In this document: positions 61,627-64,000 of the stretch, piece by piece | Numbering within the stretch: the first letter of the stretch is position 1 | How the letters are laid out: each line of letters starts with the position of its first letter | Source: Eukaryota sp. GEM-RC1 | Lineage: Eukaryota | Assembly: GCA_040285855.1 (NCBI GenBank) | Contig: JAUFOQ010000001.1 | Coordinates: 868,001 to 932,000 of the forward strand | Length of the DNA stretch: 64,000 bases | Direction: 5' to 3' | Program-made: the position numbers and the translations under genes | The notes under the pieces: model-generated | Told to the model about the DNA's origin: nothing | Database searches by the model: none | Seen by the model: only the letters and a program-made list of their open reading frames with translations

Positions 61627-63077
61627 ATGGACCGCCGAAATTCTTCCTATGCGTCCACAAAGGCGTCTTCCAGAGCTGTTGATGCTGAAGATCAACGACG
61701 TATCAACGTCCACCGTGCTTCTTGCTTATTGACTTCCCACTTTCTTAGTGAATCAGGCTTCTTTTCTACTTCTGCTCAACTAGAAACAGAGCTTCAACAT
61801 TCTTTTCCACTAGATCAACATGAACTAGCGGACAATCTAAGTATATCGTTTCTTGTCAACTTTTGGCTAAACCACTATGAATCGACATACAGTTCAACAC
61901 CAGTCTTATTCAAAAAGAAACAGGAACGCAACACAAAATCCGCAAAGCTCAAGCCTAAAACACACAAGTCTCAACCAAAACCAGCCCCACCCCCACTCAT
62001 CCCAAAGACTCCACCACACCAGATCTCTTCATTGAACCTCTTCCCTCCCAACCAAAACCCTCCCAACCACTTCAACCTCTCCTCAACTTCTCTCAAGTTC
62101 CTGAGGAGATGAAGGAGTCTCTAGCATCTGTTCTCCCAGACATCAGCGCCAGCCCAACTACCCTCCACTTCAAAGACATCATTGGACTAGTAAACGCCAA
62201 GAAGATCCTATGCGAGTCAATAGTCCTTCCAAACCTCCGACCAGAGCTCTTCACTTTCACCAAACCCCCTTCCTCTGTTCTCCTCTATGGAGCTCCGGGG
62301 TGTGGTAAGACTCTCCTCGCCAAGTCAGTAGCCACTGAGAGTAAGTGTGCCTTCATCTCCTTAGCTGGATCTTCTTTAGTTTCTAAGTGGAGAGGGGAAA
62401 GTGAGAAGGTGTTGAGGAGTGTTTTTGCAGTGGCTAGAGCTAATAGACCTTGTGTGTTGTTCATAGATGAGATTGATGCGATATTTCCAAAGTCAAGTGA
62501 TCATGAGGCGAGTAGAAGGCTATCAGCTGAGCTTCTTACACAGATTGATGGGATCACGTCATCGATGACGTCATCAGGGTCGGTGTTTGATCTCTTCTTT
62601 TTAGCTGCTACAAATAAACCCATGGATCTCGAAGATCCGTTACTTCGAAGGTTTCATCGTAAAGTCTTTGTTCCGCCACCTTCTCTTAAAGCAAGAAAGA
62701 GTCTGATTACTCGACAACTAGGTGATTTAGTACATAACCAAGGGGTTTTAGAAGCTGTTGATCAGGTAGCTATGAGGACTCAGGAATGGCCAGCTTCAGA
62801 CTTAGTGTTCGGAGTTTCAGAGTCTTTGATGTACCCGATTAGGAGGCAGTTGTTTAAGGAAAATTCAAATATATTTGAAAATTTGGTGGGGAGTGATGAT
62901 GAAGAGGGGAAAGCTGAACTAAGGACTTTGCATGAGGAAGCGAAGTCTCTTGCGAATTCTGTTAAAAATATTAATTATTGTGGAAGGGATTTGGAAACTG
63001 CATTTGTTAATATTCAGCCGTCGTATGATCTTAAGTTGAGCTCAGAACTAGCGAATTGGAAGGCAAATGATGAATAA
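61627..63077 (+). CDS. KATNAL2: Katanin p60 A-like 2 (LisH plus AAA ATPase), split by a 1-nt deficit in a C run at ~61990-61994
   Basis: LisH-like LLTSHFLSESGFFSTSAQLETE..LADN; the second frame is open upstream of 62109 (LQPLLNFSQVPEEMKESL..FKDIIGL); Walker A GAPGCGKT, LVSKWRGESEK, IDEID, AATN, LLRRF. Confidence 0.88.
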
Positions 63078-63663
63078 AATTTACAATGAGGTTTTTCAAA
63101 ATTTCCAACAAACATATAAACTCTAATTTATTTAATGAATACTATGGCATTGTTTGGTTCAATAGTTCAGCAGTGATAGGGTTCTATTGTAAATCTCAAT
63201 CAAAATTGATTGCTATATGCCCAATTATCTGATTTGTTAGTACTAATTTCCAATAACCCTTCTAGTGACTGAACCAATAAATTCTATGATGTTTTCGAGT
63301 TAGCATTGCTTACGGACTTTAACAAATATACTACAATGATCGGAAATGATTCAATAATTTTTCAAAGTGTCTGCATACTCTGTCCTAAGTTAGATAACCT
63401 GCTTTGGATCTGAACAAATCGAAGACCCAAAGAGTGGTGCAGACAATCACATTGACATTAATCATAATTGTGGAATCATGTTTGGGAATAAGCACTGACA
63501 TGAATAAATATTATGAGTCAACTTCCACACTGACTTCGATCATTGGTCTCGACTTCCAGAAGGAAGATGATCTACAATTGAACTAGTAAACGAAAATCCA
63601 CAAACTAAAATACAAAGTTTTATTTACAGTTAGAATAGTGTAGGAAAATGAAAATTGAAGGAT

Positions 63664-64000
63664 TTAAAATTTACTGCAAAACGCAGTAATGAGTTTAACA
63701 ACTTCTGATGATCTATAATTTGCTGGTGGATTGAATGTCAAGTATTGGAACCATTGTTCAACGAAGTCCTTCAAACAATCCACATTGTTCAGAAGGATTG
63801 AACCGTCCAACAATTCGCTCTTCAAAGCAGTAATTTTTCGCCCGTATTCGGAATTTTCAAAATTGTTCAATCTCTTCAGTAAAGGCCAAAATAAAATTTC
63901 AGTGATAATGGTAAAAACCCTTTTTAAACACGTGTTAAAATCAAGTTCTTTCATACACATCGAGAACACGGAACAAAAAGCATCTGCATCAATAGAAAAA
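63664..64000 (-). CDS. 3' end of an unidentified gene running off the window
   Basis: Frame is open from the window edge to the TAA at 63664; helical-protein-like composition; no recognisable motif. Confidence 0.55.
   Translation of the reverse strand, partial: FSIDADAFCSVFSMCMKELDFNTCLKRVFTIITEILFWPLLKRLNNFENSEYGRKITALKSELLDGSILLNNVDCLKDFVEQWFQYLTFNPPANYRSSEVVKLITAFCSKF

Noticed and set aside
61968..61984. 17-nt GT..AG micro-intron that would also repair the KATNAL2 frame
   Set aside because: No other introns are seen, and the other frame breaks need an inserted base according to paralog alignment; a homopolymer error is simpler
62566..62571. Palindrome ACGTCATCGATGACGT in KATNAL2 (about 62556-62571)
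   Set aside because: Short and within coding sequence (TSSMTS); compatible with chance
1..64000. tRNA, rRNA, spliced-leader genes or hammerhead ribozymes
   Set aside because: No convincing cloverleaf, rRNA signature or complete CTGATGA..GAAA core was seen by eye; tRNAscan-SE and Infernal would be needed to exclude them

Overview
Visibly AT-rich eukaryotic genomic DNA with compact, apparently intron-free genes. The style suggests a protist, possibly a metamonad, but the organism cannot be fixed from this window. A few intact housekeeping genes (ER glucosidase II alpha, Mon1, an MFS transporter, a KATNAL2-type katanin, a GNAT acetyltransferase, a small secreted protein) lie in a dense field of transposon debris. 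The debris includes CRE-clade RT+RLE non-LTR retrotransposons (one near-complete copy and about eight fragments), hAT transposase remnants, four hAT non-autonomous elements with perfect 8-bp TSDs, MULE, Ty3/gypsy and pogo-like fragments, and unclassified duplicated repeats. The most striking feature is a family of seven copies or remnants of one C-terminal SPRY/B30.2-like cassette. Its framework and 3' UTR are well conserved but its short loops are hypervariable, and it is fused either to BTB + coiled coil or to RING + protein kinase + coiled coil. This is a candidate diversified intracellular recognition/ubiquitin-ligase system. Several genes are split by single-base deficits at homopolymer runs, most likely long-read assembly errors.
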